Origin: Haliotis rufescens | Lineage: Eukaryota | DNA: 64,000 nucleotides | Reading direction: 5' to 3' | Assembly (NCBI RefSeq): GCF_023055435.1 | Contig: NW_025964383.1 | Location: 10,168,001-10,232,000, forward strand | In this document: positions 25,026 through 37,441 of the stretch, one piece after another | How the letters are laid out: each line of letters starts with the position of its first letter | How positions within the stretch are numbered: the stretch's first letter is position 1 | Position numbers and translations under genes: made by a program | Notes under the pieces: model-generated | Seen by the model: only the letters and a program-made list of their open reading frames with translations | What the model was told of the DNA's origin: nothing | Database searches by the model: none

Positions 25026-28000
25026 TAAACAGATAAACTGATAAACATATTATTGATCATAATGAAATTCCTCAAATTATTGATATTGCCTCCGCGATAT
25101 ATAATTGTAGACAAATAAGTCCATTTGTTACGCATAATATTCCATTTACAAAGTGAATGCACTTGGATCTACCTTACTATTATCCCGATAGGCTTGGATC
25201 AGTGTTTAATCCATTTTATTTCAACTCAAGTGTACAACTACCCATGTAGACATACATAGGCTGTATTTGACATATTTGTTTCAGGATCTGTATGACAACT
25301 TTACATTACATGTACATGAATACGTGATGTATCAAGTGACGTTAGGTGTACATTGTACTGATATTCCAAATGGACAATTAAAGAACCGCGTCAACGTGCT
25401 ACTCGTTATCTTGTACATATTTTGCTGCCATGTCGTTTTGATAATGTACGATTATTTCGTTTAAGTATGTATGAATGTAGTATGATGTATCAATACATAA
25501 TGTGGAAAAGTGCCAGCGTCTGTAACGCTCTTTCCGAATCTCAGTTTGTCCGGGTGTTTATTGTTTTTCTGAGCCGCAGGATGCGTTGATGGCAAAGCCG
25601 ACCTGTCCACAAAACCTGAAGCTGTGTGAGCGTTCTGATACGTCAAAAACACTCACCCAAAGGGTACAGGGGTGCAATGCATGCTGAACATCTCGTCATA
25701 TATACGCATATTTCTATGCAGAGGCAAAAAGTTAGCTTATGTACTGAATCGCAAAAGTAACGTAATTAATAGTTTACATAACTGAACTTAATTTATTCTA
25801 AGCCAGGATACCTTATGTAAGACACCATGCATTGCATTGAGTGATACGTGACAAACTGCCACGGCGCCTGAATCCATACAGTGATGATCATGAGGATATT
25901 CACTCTCTTATTCGCAACGACAGCTGCAATTTATCTCCTTTAAAAGAAGCATACCCATTTAATTGTTTGCATGAAAATAAGGCGCTTTGTCCGATCTGGC
26001 TTTAATCTGATGATATTATGGTGCTTGGGCGCTGTATATATAGAATAGTATTTCGATATATAGACACTCAGGCATGAAACAAGTGAGTAGAAAATCAGTC
26101 ACAAGATCTGGACTAACAATACAACTATTAATAGTCTTTGGGTATTTCACTGAGGAAAAATGGTAGATATTTCAAAGACACTTTTGGAATGGACAAGCAT
26201 CAAGTCACAGGTCATGAGACACACGTGTATAATTTCATTATAATATGTTTCTAAATAATATCAATCGACGAATAGGTATATACAGATGACATGTTTATTT
26301 GATTGGGGTGGGGGGAGGGAGAGTCCATATATGTGCACTACATGTGCAGTATTTTCTTGTATTGGATGCTTATAATTGTCATGTCTTGTATGTGAGTGGT
26401 GGGTGCATGTAGCTCGCATGTATATACCCTAGGGGTGGGTGGTGCAACTCGTTTGCATCTTTATTACTCACTGGTGAATAGGTTACATTAATTAATACCT
26501 ATTATCTTTGGTCGACTGGAGCTGATTGGTGAAAGTAGTTTACGAGTATATAAAGACAAGTTAGTTGCATGTCTGTTACTAGTATATTACCTTCAGGCGG
26601 ATGTGTGTTTTTCATTAGCTTACATTACATGAAAATGATCACAGGTGCATATATTTTCAATGTATTTTATTTATTGTCGGATTGGTGCCTTGGGGCGAAT
26701 AGATGCATGCAGATCAAATACGGGAGGGTGCAGGTAGATAACGTAGTCATTAACAAGGCGATGATGAGAAAATGTTTGCTGCTTTCATATTATTAAGGAA
26801 CGAGTGATTACATGTATAGTATAATTATCCTGAGTTGGTGGTGTTCTTTATCTAGGTACAGATGGATTGATATAGTCTTCATGTATATGTCTCGTACGCT
26901 TTGCATTGATTAGTTATGCTCTTGTGGCGGACGGATGCAAAAATATTGTATTTGGCATTACTAAGGGGCTTTTGTGTGCATGTAGCTTACATGCATACAA
27001 TCTGAGAGACTCAGTGCATTTGTACGTGTAACTAAGATGTACATTATCTAAAGGAGGGTATAAGCTTCTTTGTGGCGTAAATGCATGCTACTATATAGCT
27101 TTTATCTAGAAGTGCGTTTAACATGCAACTTATTTGTGTATTATCTAGGGGAGGACGGGACCCTGTTGTTTGTAGGCTACATACATATTCCATAGGAGCA
27201 GGTCAGGGCAGGTGGAACATGTGTATTGCATCGAGACGGATCGAGGCATGCTATTGGATGACGATGGGTTGTTGCATGTTAACATGTGGATTATCAAGGA
27301 GCTTATGGATGCATTACATCACATGTTCATTAGAGAAGGACGGATTGTTGCAAGATTATATTACACGTAGGTTGTCAAGAAGCGGATGGATGCATTAAGA
27401 TCATATGTTGTGTTTAGACTGGGAGGGGATTATACAAATATATTACATTAATATTACGCATGGAATTATTTGTAAATGTAGCTTACATATCCAATACGTG
27501 ATAAAATGCATATGATGTATTTTATCTGTAAGGGTGATTGACGTTGACTATATAAAAGTATTAAGTTCACTCATAGGTGTGCATTAGATTGAGCATAATG
27601 TGAGAAGAGAGCCTGAAATAATGGTTTATACTGTGTTACCTGGTTTACCGCATCTTAGTTGATGCATGTCATCGTATCCCAATTGCGTGGATTGATGCTC
27701 ATGATGTCAATCACTGGATTGTCTGGTCCCGACTAGATTATTTACAGACCTCCGTCATATAGCTGGCATATTGCTGAGGGCGGCGTTAAACAACGCACAA
27801 ACAAACTAAAGATCGGTTGAATCTGTTCACGTATTATTATATTTCATTCCGTGTTAACAGAAGCGTATCGAATTGCTTGCGCAGTCGTGCATGAATTTAT
27901 AAACCTGACGTAAAATAAACCCGTTTGGTGTATTCACGACACGACAGGAAATAGACCATACAAATGCATTCCAAACGCATACATCATACAAACTCATTTC

Positions 28001-28642
28001 TTTTCAGGGTGTGAAGCCTTTGATAAAAATGATAAGAGGGTTCATGCAATTCAGGCTGGTTGTTGCATGGCAGTGTTGAATGTTTTCACTACAAACATCA
28101 TAAAACTTCATTGTCAGCTTTGGAACGTTTCTGACAAGATTGTGTACAAGTCGGTTGTGTTCAGTACATCACAGGCTGGTTGACATGATCAGTTTGACGT
28201 GGACTGGTTTAAACAGAGCACCATCATGTAAGTTTCCAGTTCTTTTCTATTCTGTGGATTGGTTCAATTGGTTATTGTAAACACGTTTAGCTGAAACTTG
28301 GTGGAAGGAATGAAGCAGGCAATTATCTAATATGTCATATTGTATCACAATACAAGTGAAAATGCATGCATGTAACGTTTAAGAAATTAGGATCCGGTCT
28401 ATATTTGAAGAATATGCAACACAGGCTAATTGGTGGAAGCTGATACGCACAACTGAGCGGTTGTGTCCTATGATTGGTTGTAGTGATGCATGTACATGTA
28501 CCAGGACAGTTAAATGAAACTGTTTGGGGGATTTTACCCACAGGGTGCTTAGTTTATGAATCATTTCAAAATTAAATGACCCCATTATTAAAAGACTTGA
28601 CCGTATTGAATTTACAAATACGATCATTTTGACAAGCTACAA

Positions 28643-29000
28643 GTGCCAGTCCTTGTATATTCACATCATATCAAGGCATCAGTGACAAGATTTGTAAGAG
28701 AACAAGTTGACGCTCAAAAGGCCAATGTCACTTGGCAAATGAAAAAAAGGTTTGGCTTGGAATACACGGACCATTATTGTGGGGTCCCAGAAGAAGGAAG
28801 GGAAGGGGTGGACCAAAGGTCTGGACGACAAAGCTGGTTCTATTCGTACACACATTTCTTTGGCAATGAAAGCTTGTGAAAATGATCCAGAAAAGCTAAG
28901 GAACAATATCGACATCATTGTGAAACATTACCAGAGCTGTCACAAAAACTGCCACGTCACATCAAAATGCAAAAGTAAAACGGAAACAGATCACAAATAA
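28643..29000 (+). pseudogene. Frameshifted fragment of a putative DNA-transposase-like ORF
   Basis: Overlapping ORFs ...ANVTWQMKK... and ...WTKGLDDKAGSIRTHISLAMKACENDPEKLRNNIDIIVKHYQSCHKNCHVTSKC. The H-x3-H-x2-C pattern resembles Mutator-like transposase relics; recognised from memory and unverified. Confidence 0.4.
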
Positions 29001-29406
29001 AGGTGCTGCACAAACTCTCTTGTCATATATTTACACGCTCCCTGTGTACAAGAAAGCTGAATTATATGCAAACATTATATGGAGTACTAAGTCCTTTTAT
29101 AATACCATGCTCCAGTGTTGTATTTGGAGATCATAATCGTAGAATGGGAGTTCAAATTGCAAACCATGACTGGAATGCATAAGCAGCAGTATGGCAAAAT
29201 GTAATGTTAGTGAGTATATAATAGTAGCAAATTAGATTTCAAACTTGGCATAAGCCATGTGGGGTTCGAAGTAGACCCTCTTAGAGAACTGCAGCGCCTT
29301 ATATTATACCACTGGCCAACTGGTGTTTCTGACTAACTATTAAAATATGAATTCGCCCTTATGTGTTTCAGAATCGGACAGCAACACAAAGACGTAAAGG
29401 TCAATC

Positions 29407-29643
29407 ATGGAAAGGATTGGGAAAGTTGGGTGTGCATCACTTCTTCTCTTGAATATAGCAGTAGGCATTGCAGTTATCTGCAGTGTAGCATCCAGTAAAC
29501 ACGGTACGCAGATTAGTAACACAGAAGGTCTGAAGCAACAAATCAGCAAGGTAAGCAGAAATATTGATCTTAATTTTTAAATTTCAGAGTATACTACCTG
29601 TAATGTTTTACTGAATTTGATTATACTGGATAATAAAAATAAA

Positions 29644-29692
<49 letters not shown>

Positions 29693-30787
29693 GTACTTTT
29701 ATCATGTTCATATTATTGTTGCTGATTTTCAGAATACCATAATTTATACAATTTGTTAGGTGTGTAATCATTTTACAGATATACGAAGACCGATTGAAAA
29801 TAATAATCGATAATGATAATGGTACTCATGAACGGAAAGGTAAGTGGATGAAACCAAAATAATTCTTCTTAAATAATCTGCTTTACCAAAGCAATAATTC
29901 AGCTGTAATAATTGTCTTAAGACTGCTTGGTAAATACACATGTTAAAGGTTTTGGTAACTTCGTATGCATTGATGCAGAAAATAATGCAAAAAATGCAGT
30001 TGAATGATTTGTTTTGATCATGGCTCTACTATGTCAATTGCGTGTGTTATAAGGCAATGTTTAAATCTGATACAGGTGCAAGGCAACCGAGCACGTCAGT
30101 GGCATTCTTGAACCTGCTGAAACCTATAGCATATCTTACTGGACTGGACTTCCTTGGGCACATTGGTAAGATAACCAGCTCACTTTTGTTGGGTCAAATA
30201 AGTACTATTTACTGTACTGAGGAAAAAACACACATATTTTGATGTAATTATTCTCACACAATCGATCTGCGTTGCGTTCTTCTTCAGATTTGTGTGCATA
30301 TGTATTGTTTATCCTAACCAATAATGCATGTTTCTGTGACCAATAATACATGGTCTTAATTTCAGAGAATGTAAATGACACATCTATAAAAACATGGGTG
30401 CCGTTTGTTGGACCAGGGAGACAACTCTTGTATAACGAGATGCGGTATGAAAATGGCAGCATTATAATCCCCGCCACGGGTGTGTATGCTGTATACAGCC
30501 ATGTCAAGTTCTACACAGAAAGGAATCGTCGTGGAGATACAGAAACTAATTTCCACCATTCCATAATGCGATACAATGCATTAAAACAGACGAATAAAAC
30601 TGCACTTGCTGACGCAGTGTCTGAGAATAAAAACGACATCATTGACGGCGCTAGCCTGGAATACTCCAGTAACATCCATGGACTCCTGCAACTCAATGCT
30701 GGTGATCAGTTGGTTGTTAAAGTATCAAGGATAAACCCACTGAGGCATGACAGAGACTGGCATTACTTTGGTGTATATATGATTTAA
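29407..30787 (+). CDS. TNF superfamily ligand, gene 4 (238 aa); coding exons 29407-29550, 29779-29839, 30076-30165, 30366-30787
   Basis: MERIGKVGCASLLLLNIAVGIAVIC; LLKPIAYLTGLDF; THD ending WHYFGVYMI*. 144+61+90+422=717 nt in frame with canonical GTAAG donors. Confidence 0.92.
29630..29689. repeat. (AAT)n microsatellite in gene 4 intron 1
   Basis: Read directly from the sequence. Confidence 0.95.
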
Positions 30788-30799
30788 ACACTACATCTA

Positions 30800-30818
30800 G
30801 GCAATCTAACAGGTTGTT
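30800..30818 (+). promoter_or_regulatory. Conserved 3'UTR stem-loop (gene 4)
   Basis: GGCAATC-TAACA-GGTTGTT, 12 nt after the stop. Confidence 0.6.
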
Positions 30819-31159
30819 TTGATATAGAAATGCATTGTGCACCAATGCCTTCACTTCATTTGTTCACTTCATATTGCTTCTTGTTTTAGGTTCAAAAGTG
30901 CAGCTCTTGTACATAAGCATTACAAGTATAGTATGTATAGACCTGCATGCATATGCCATCCTTACGCTGTCAGCAAACTGGCGGGGATAATCTATTTTAT
31001 AATATGGACGAGACTTCCATAAGGTCCTTATTTGGAATCTCGTTACGGGATTCGGAATCCTATAGTCACTACACATGAGAGATAATTACTGACAAAGTCC
31101 TCCTATTGATAAACCGATTGTTCTAAAGAGAAGAGCATCATTAGGATATTTTGTATATA

Positions 31160-31321
31160 TAGTAAACTACGTTTATAACGAGCACGCTTATAACGAACTG
31201 ACGGATATAACGAAAATAGTTTTGTCCCGGCCATTTTCTGTATATATACTTACACCAAACTACGGTTATATCGAACAAATATCAGTGGTCCCTTTGAGTT
31301 CGTTATAACCGTAGTTTACTG
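31160..31321. mobile_element. Tc1/pogo-type MITE
   Basis: TIR (C)AGTAAACTACG.TTATAACGA / TCGTTATAACCGTAGTTTACTG with TA flanks. Confidence 0.75.
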
Positions 31322-32326
31322 TATGTTATTTAAGTTATATTCAAACTGTATTAAGACGAATATATTCAAGATCTGTCCATTCATCTACGTGTACAGTGGT
31401 TTGAAGATAACATTTATCATTCTCTTTGCTGAAGGGATTTTCTATTTACATTGTAGTTTTGCTTATAGAAATGTGTCATGTTGCTGTTTGTAAACTGATA
31501 TCACTCTGATTTCGTACTCGGATGTAGCTATGTGTATGTCATCATCAGGACGTAAGTTGTTTTTGTCATCATGGAATTTGCCCCTCAGCTGATGAACGAC
31601 AACAAATACAACTTCAATCCTTAATTGAATATATTGAGTATTAACGAATATTACCACTTACAACAGGATACTCATTGAAACATATTTTGTTTTGTTTGTT
31701 TTATTTTTAATATTCATTGTAATGATTTGCCTCCAAATCTACTTTAACATGTACATCTGTTGGTTTTTGTTTAAAATAAATGACTAAAACAGTATTATTC
31801 CTACTGATGAATACGTATTTAGTTGTTTACAAATATTTCTTACACGACCTTCTAAGTAAACATGCGATATATACAATGTAAATATTGTATTCGGCAACTA
31901 TGGTACTGTCTACCCACCGTTAAAGGGTGCTTGGTACCTGTAAACTTGCTTCACTTTGTAACGTTATGAAAGGCCGCGTGTGCCCTAAACAAACGTGACG
32001 TCTCATAGACCCTCGTATGTACATATATAAAGTCCGAAGAACATCACATTAAGACGTTATTTGTGTGGCTTGAGATTATTATTCACTTTTGTGCAGAGAG
32101 TAAGTATTCGGCAGGTAACGTTGATTTTTTTCAGCGCATTAAAATAAACTGTGACGGTAGAATTTATACCATATTGCCTCTTGTTGGTTAACCTCCAGTG
32201 AGTAGTTAGGTGTCCTAGTGTTTGAGGACTTCTCTCATTATACACTGGTACTGAACGTAAGGCACCATGCAGCCAATCTGTAAGGTGAGACATACTTACT
32301 TAGAGTCTTAATGCGTCCAATCTCGA

Positions 32327-34752
32327 TGATCATCGCCTGTCCGTGTATACCGTCAGATCTTATAATCGCCTGTCCGTGTATACCGTCAGGTCTGATCATC
32401 GCCTGTCCGTGTACACCGTCAGATCTTATAATCGCCTGTCCGTGTATACCGTCAGGTCTGATCATCGCCTGTCCGTGTATACCGTCAGATCTTATAATCG
32501 CCTGTCCGAGTATACCTTGAGGCTCGATCATCGCCTGCCCGAGTACACCGATGGGTATGATCATCGCCTGTTCGAGTATACCGCCATGTCTGATCATCGC
32601 CTGATCGAGTATACCGTTAGGTCTGATCATTGCCTGTTCGAGTATACCGCCATGTCTGGTCATCCTGTGTCCGAGTATACCGTCAGGTCCGATCATCGCC
32701 TGTCCGAGTATACCTTCAGGTCCGATCATCGACTCTCCGAGTATAGCGCAAGATCTGATCATCGCCTGTTCGAGTGTACCGCCAGGTCTGATCATCGCCT
32801 GTTCGAGTATACCGCCAGATCTAATCATCGCCTGTTTGAGAATACCGTCAGGTCTGATCATCGCCTGTCCGAGTATACCGTTAGGTCTGCTCATCGCCTG
32901 TTCGAGTTTACCGCCAGGTCTGATCATCGCCTGTCCGAGTATACCGTTAGGTCTGATCATCGCCTGTTCGAGTATACCGCCAGGTCTGGTCATCGTGTGT
33001 CCGAGTATACCGTCAGGTCCGATCATCACCTGTCCGAGTATACCGTCAGGTCCGGACATCGACTCTCCGAGTATACCGCCAGATCTGATCATCGGTTGTC
33101 CGAGTATACCGTCAGGTCCGGACATCGACTCTCCGAGTATAACGCCAGGTCTGGTCATCGGTTGTCCGAGTATACCGTTAGGTCTGCTCATCGCCTGTTC
33201 GAGTATACCGCCAGGTCTGATCATCGCCTGTCCTAGTATACCGCCAGGTCTGATCATCGCCTGTTCGAGTATACCGTTAGGTCTGATCATCGCCTGTTCG
33301 AGTATACCGCCAGGTCTGATCATCGCCTGTCCGAGTATACCGTTAGGTCTGATCATCGCCTGTTCGAGTATACCGCCATGTCTGGTCATCCTGTGTCCGA
33401 GTATACCGTCAGGTCCGATCATCGCCTGTCCGAGTATACCTTCAGGTCCGATCATCGCCTGTTCGAGTATACCGCCAGGTCTGATCATCGCCTGTCCGAG
33501 TATAGCGCAAGATCTGATCATCGGTTGTCCGAGTATACCGCCAGGTCTGGTCATTGGTTGTCCGAGTATACAGCCAGGTCTGATCAACGCCTCTCCGAGT
33601 GTACCGTCAGATCTGATCATCGGTTGTCCGATCATACAGCCAGGTCTGCTCATCGCCTGTCTGAGTATACCGCCAGGTCCGATCATCGCCTGTCCGAGTA
33701 TTCCGCCAGGTCTGATTATCGCTTGTCCGATAATACCGTCAGATCTGATCATCGCCTCTCCGAGTATACCGTCAGGTCTGGTCATTGTCTGTTCGAGTGT
33801 ACCGCCAGGTCTGGTCATCGGTTGTCCGAGTATACCGTCAGGTCTGGTCATTGTCTGTTCGAGTGTACCGCCAGGTCTGGTCATCGGTTGTCCGAGTATA
33901 CCGTCAGGTCTGGTCATTGTCTGTTCGAGTGTACCGCCAGGTCTGGTCATCGGTTGTCCGAGTATACCGCCAGGTCTGATCATCGCCTGTCCGAGTATAC
34001 GGTCAGGTCCGATCATCGGTTGTCGGAGTATACCGCCAGGTCTGATCATCGCCTGTCCGAGTATACCGCCAGGTCTGATCATCGGTTGTCCAAGTATACC
34101 GTTAGGTCTGATCATCGCCTATCCGAGTATACGGTCAGGTCCGATCATCGGTTGTCGGAGTATACCGCCAGGTCTAATCATCGCCTGTCCGAGTATACGG
34201 TCAGGTCCGATCATCGGTTGTCGGAGTATACCGCCAGGTCTGATCATCGCCTGTCCGAATATACCGCCAGGTCTGATCATCGCCTGTCCGAGTATACCGC
34301 CAGGTCTAGTCATCGTTTGTCCGAGTATACCGCCAGGTCTTATCATCACCTGTCCGTGCATACCGCCAGGTCTGATCATCGGTTGTCCAAGTGTACCACC
34401 AGGACCGATCATTTCCTATCCGAGTATGCCGCCAGGTCTGATCATCGCCTGTCCGAGTACACCGCCAGGTCTGGTCATTGCATGTCCGAGTATACCGCCA
34501 GGTCTGGTCATCGGTTGTCCGAGTATATCGCCAGGTCTGATCATCGCTTGTTCTCTGCCTATGTGCCTGGTCTTATCATCACCTGTCCGAGTATACCGCC
34601 AGGTCTGGTCATCGGTTGTCCGAGTATACCGCCAGGTCTGGTCATCGGTTGTCCGAGTATACCGCCAGGTCTGATCATCGCCTGTCCGAGTACACCGCCA
34701 GGTCTGGTCATTGCCTGTCCGAGTATACCGCCAGGTCTGATCATCGCTTGTT
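32327..34752. repeat. 33-bp CpG-rich minisatellite, array 1 (~73 units)
   Basis: Consensus CCGAGTATACCG[CT]CAGGTCTGATCATCGCCTGT. Confidence 0.95.
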
Positions 34753-35614
34753 CCCTGCCTATGTACCATGTGTCAAGCGAGATTTACCGACATATCCTCT
34801 ATGTGGTACTGTCAAGGCAGGTAAGTGAGTTAAATACTGACACAGCTCAAATGAATAACATCTTGCAGCAAATGTTGAAGTAGAAATGGTAACAGCGTTA
34901 GAATTAATTAATCATCAAGATTATTGTATTTTCTTTGAGAGGCATTTAGAAGTTGGAGTACTAAGTAAGGATAAGATATATGGATGAACAACTTCTTTAT
35001 TACAATAAGGAGCGACGTTTCGGTAGTCTAGTTCTAGTTTCGAATCACGAAGTCGAAGCCTGTTCTTAAACTGATCTCCCCATGAACAATGTGGTGGCAC
35101 CCCATGTCTACGAAGAGTAGCGATGGATCCCACATGGTGAGCTACGAGCTGTCGTTATATATATATATATAATCCGGGAAAAAACATAAACTTCACAAAC
35201 AGAAAGTATCTCTAATTAAATACTCACATGGTGTAGGGTGCATAAACTCAGCAAATGTGTTCACATATACGTACAATTTCAAAACGTTATATTTATATCC
35301 TAAATGGCAAAAGAAACGTACATTTTTATGATTCACATAATTGAAGTTAATTTTACCTAAGCACTGGCCGCATGTATTACATTTGAATGACCTCATAGCA
35401 CAATTGTATCCTAGCACCAGTTAGGACCATTTCCTCCTGGTGGGTCACAGATATTATTTTATTCTTATCCAACTTTCAAATGGCACTCAAAGACACATGA
35501 AACCCAGAGCAAGTTTAATTTTTCTCATCAGGAAATTAGTTGTACGCGAAGATCATTTTATGCAAAACGTTTAATTCTTCTTTGAACGCTGTCTGGATAT
35601 AAAGTGTATATCTA

Positions 35615-36192
35615 CGGTGGTCCATAAGGGACATGGAGTCTGCTTTTCAATATTTTGATATTTCCCTTACTTTCATCGTAACCTTTTGCAAATTAACACA
35701 ATTTGTCATACAAATATGTGATAAATCATGTATAAAAACAACCGAAAACATGGAAAATGTACTTTCAAGTAGCTATTGAATCGCTGAAATGTGAAGTGAA
35801 AATGTCACAAACTAAAATGAAAATATGTCAAAAACAAAAAACAAAAAGGTCAAAAACAAAAGCGAAAATGTCAAAAACTAAAATGAAAATAAAGGAAACT
35901 ATTTCCACCGCGGTGATAATATTCACACCGCTGTGTAAATAGTTTTCACCGCGGTAGAAATATTATCACCGCGGTGGAAATACTTTTCTGTATTTTCATT
36001 TTAGTTTTTGACATTTTCGTTTTCGTTTTTGACATTTTCATTTTATTTTTTTACATTTTCGCTTTATTTTTCAGCGATTCAATATCTTCTTTATACATGA
36101 TTTATCACATATTTGTGTGACAAATCGTGTTAATTTGCAAAAGGTTATGATAAATATTGAAAAACAGACTCCATGTCCCTTATGGGCCACCG
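35615..36192. mobile_element. Foldback MITE with long inverted arms
   Basis: TA|CGGTGGTCCATAAGGGACATGGAGTCTG ... CAGACTCCATGTCCCTTATGGGCCACCG|TA; self-complementary over most of its length. Confidence 0.85.
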
Positions 36193-36634
36193 TATATATC
36201 ATTGTCGATTACATTATGATTGCCAGTACATCTCTAGATTATTGTGTATATGGTTTGTAAATCATCATATACCGTGTGATAAGGCCTGATTGCAATTAAT
36301 GGTTCGTTTTGTTCTGTCACATGTTAAGCGCCTAAATGTCATGAGAAAAGACATGACTGCGTATCATGTATCTTTCTTGGGATGAATGAATTACTGGAAA
36401 GAAAATACCCGGTGCAAATACCCAGTGCTTGCACAGGCGCACCTGTACCTGTTTGTATACAAATCCAGCACAAATGTCTCGTTCATTCTCATCATTAGTA
36501 TGCGTTTCATAATTTCCGTCAATATATATGTTGGCCTGTAGAAACAACTTCACATAATCCTTATTTCTTTACATACATGGATGTTTGTGTTGTTAACACA
36601 CATACTCTTATAATGATTAGCATTTACTGCCAAG

Positions 36635-36723
36635 TGTGTTTCAGAATTGGATAGCAACAAAAGTCGCCAAGTGTCAATCAAGGAAAGGGATGTGAAAGCT
36701 GTGTGTGCGTCACTTCTTTTGAA
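36635..36723 (+). pseudogene. Relic of the first coding exon of a gene 4/5/7-type TNF ligand
   Basis: tgtgtttcag|aattggatagcaacaaaag...gtcaatcAAGgaaagggatgtgaaagctgtgtgtgcgtcacttctt aligns to the gene 4/5 acceptor, 5'UTR and N-terminus. ATG is mutated to AAG and homology stops before LNIAVG. Confidence 0.75.
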
Positions 36724-37208
36724 GTGAGTTAAGTGAATATAAGAAACAAATTTTAGGAATGGAGTTACATGTAGGTGTATTGACCTTGTGCGATTCCAGA
36801 CACAGTGGCGAAAATATGCCCATGGTAGCTTGTTGAAGATAAACCTTAAAAGAAAGAATATCCTATGACAGCAATTTTGGACACTGACAAATGATACAGG
36901 TTGAATCATAATCATGATGATCAAGACAGGAATTTAACATTTGTAAAATATGTTCATTTCAGACACAAAATGTTAGTCCAACATAACCCGTACAATTAAG
37001 CAATCTACACTTACCATATATTATAGACTTCCATGGGCTGTTTTGGATATATTTATTTCAGGGTATGTGCAAACATTGTTATTGTATGTGTCATAGAGCA
37101 TACACATACAAACGTTTATCACATACTTCAGTGTGGAGTTGTGAAAAGTTATACATTTTCATTGCTGTGAACATAACACTTTAAGGGAGATATTTTCACT
37201 TGATGATA

Positions 37209-37441
37209 GTGAGTGAGTTAGGTTTATAGCCGCATTTTACATTGTTCTAGTTATGTCACGGCGTGTCAGCTTATAATTAATGTGGGAGGAAAGCCCGAGG
37301 TGATGCATGTCTCAGACGTTTACCACTTCGGTGAAACCCACGAGCACGGGTATGGTGCTGACAAATCAAGAAACATAATCGGGGCGAAATATGAACAGTG
37401 AATCGCGGCGCCTTAGAAGACTAGGCCACTCGTGCCCACCT
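37209..37441 (-). mobile_element. SINE family B with an internal deletion
   Basis: Reverse complement of 21837-22119 lacking the B-box segment. Confidence 0.75.

Noticed and set aside
29577-29771. Poly-Leu ORF, and HT/CV-repeat ORFs at 3002-3406 and 14179-14713
   Set aside because: Translations of microsatellites or of the N gap.
32327-34752. CRISPR array interpretation of the 33-bp repeat
   Set aside because: Units are contiguous with no unique spacers, there are no cas genes, and the DNA is eukaryotic.
32238-34883. Long ORFs (625, 612, 501 and 297 aa) as repeat proteins
   Set aside because: They arise from a 33-bp unit that is stop-free in several frames on both strands. Stops and frameshifts interrupt the frames across the three arrays. 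Kept only as a possible transcribed exon.
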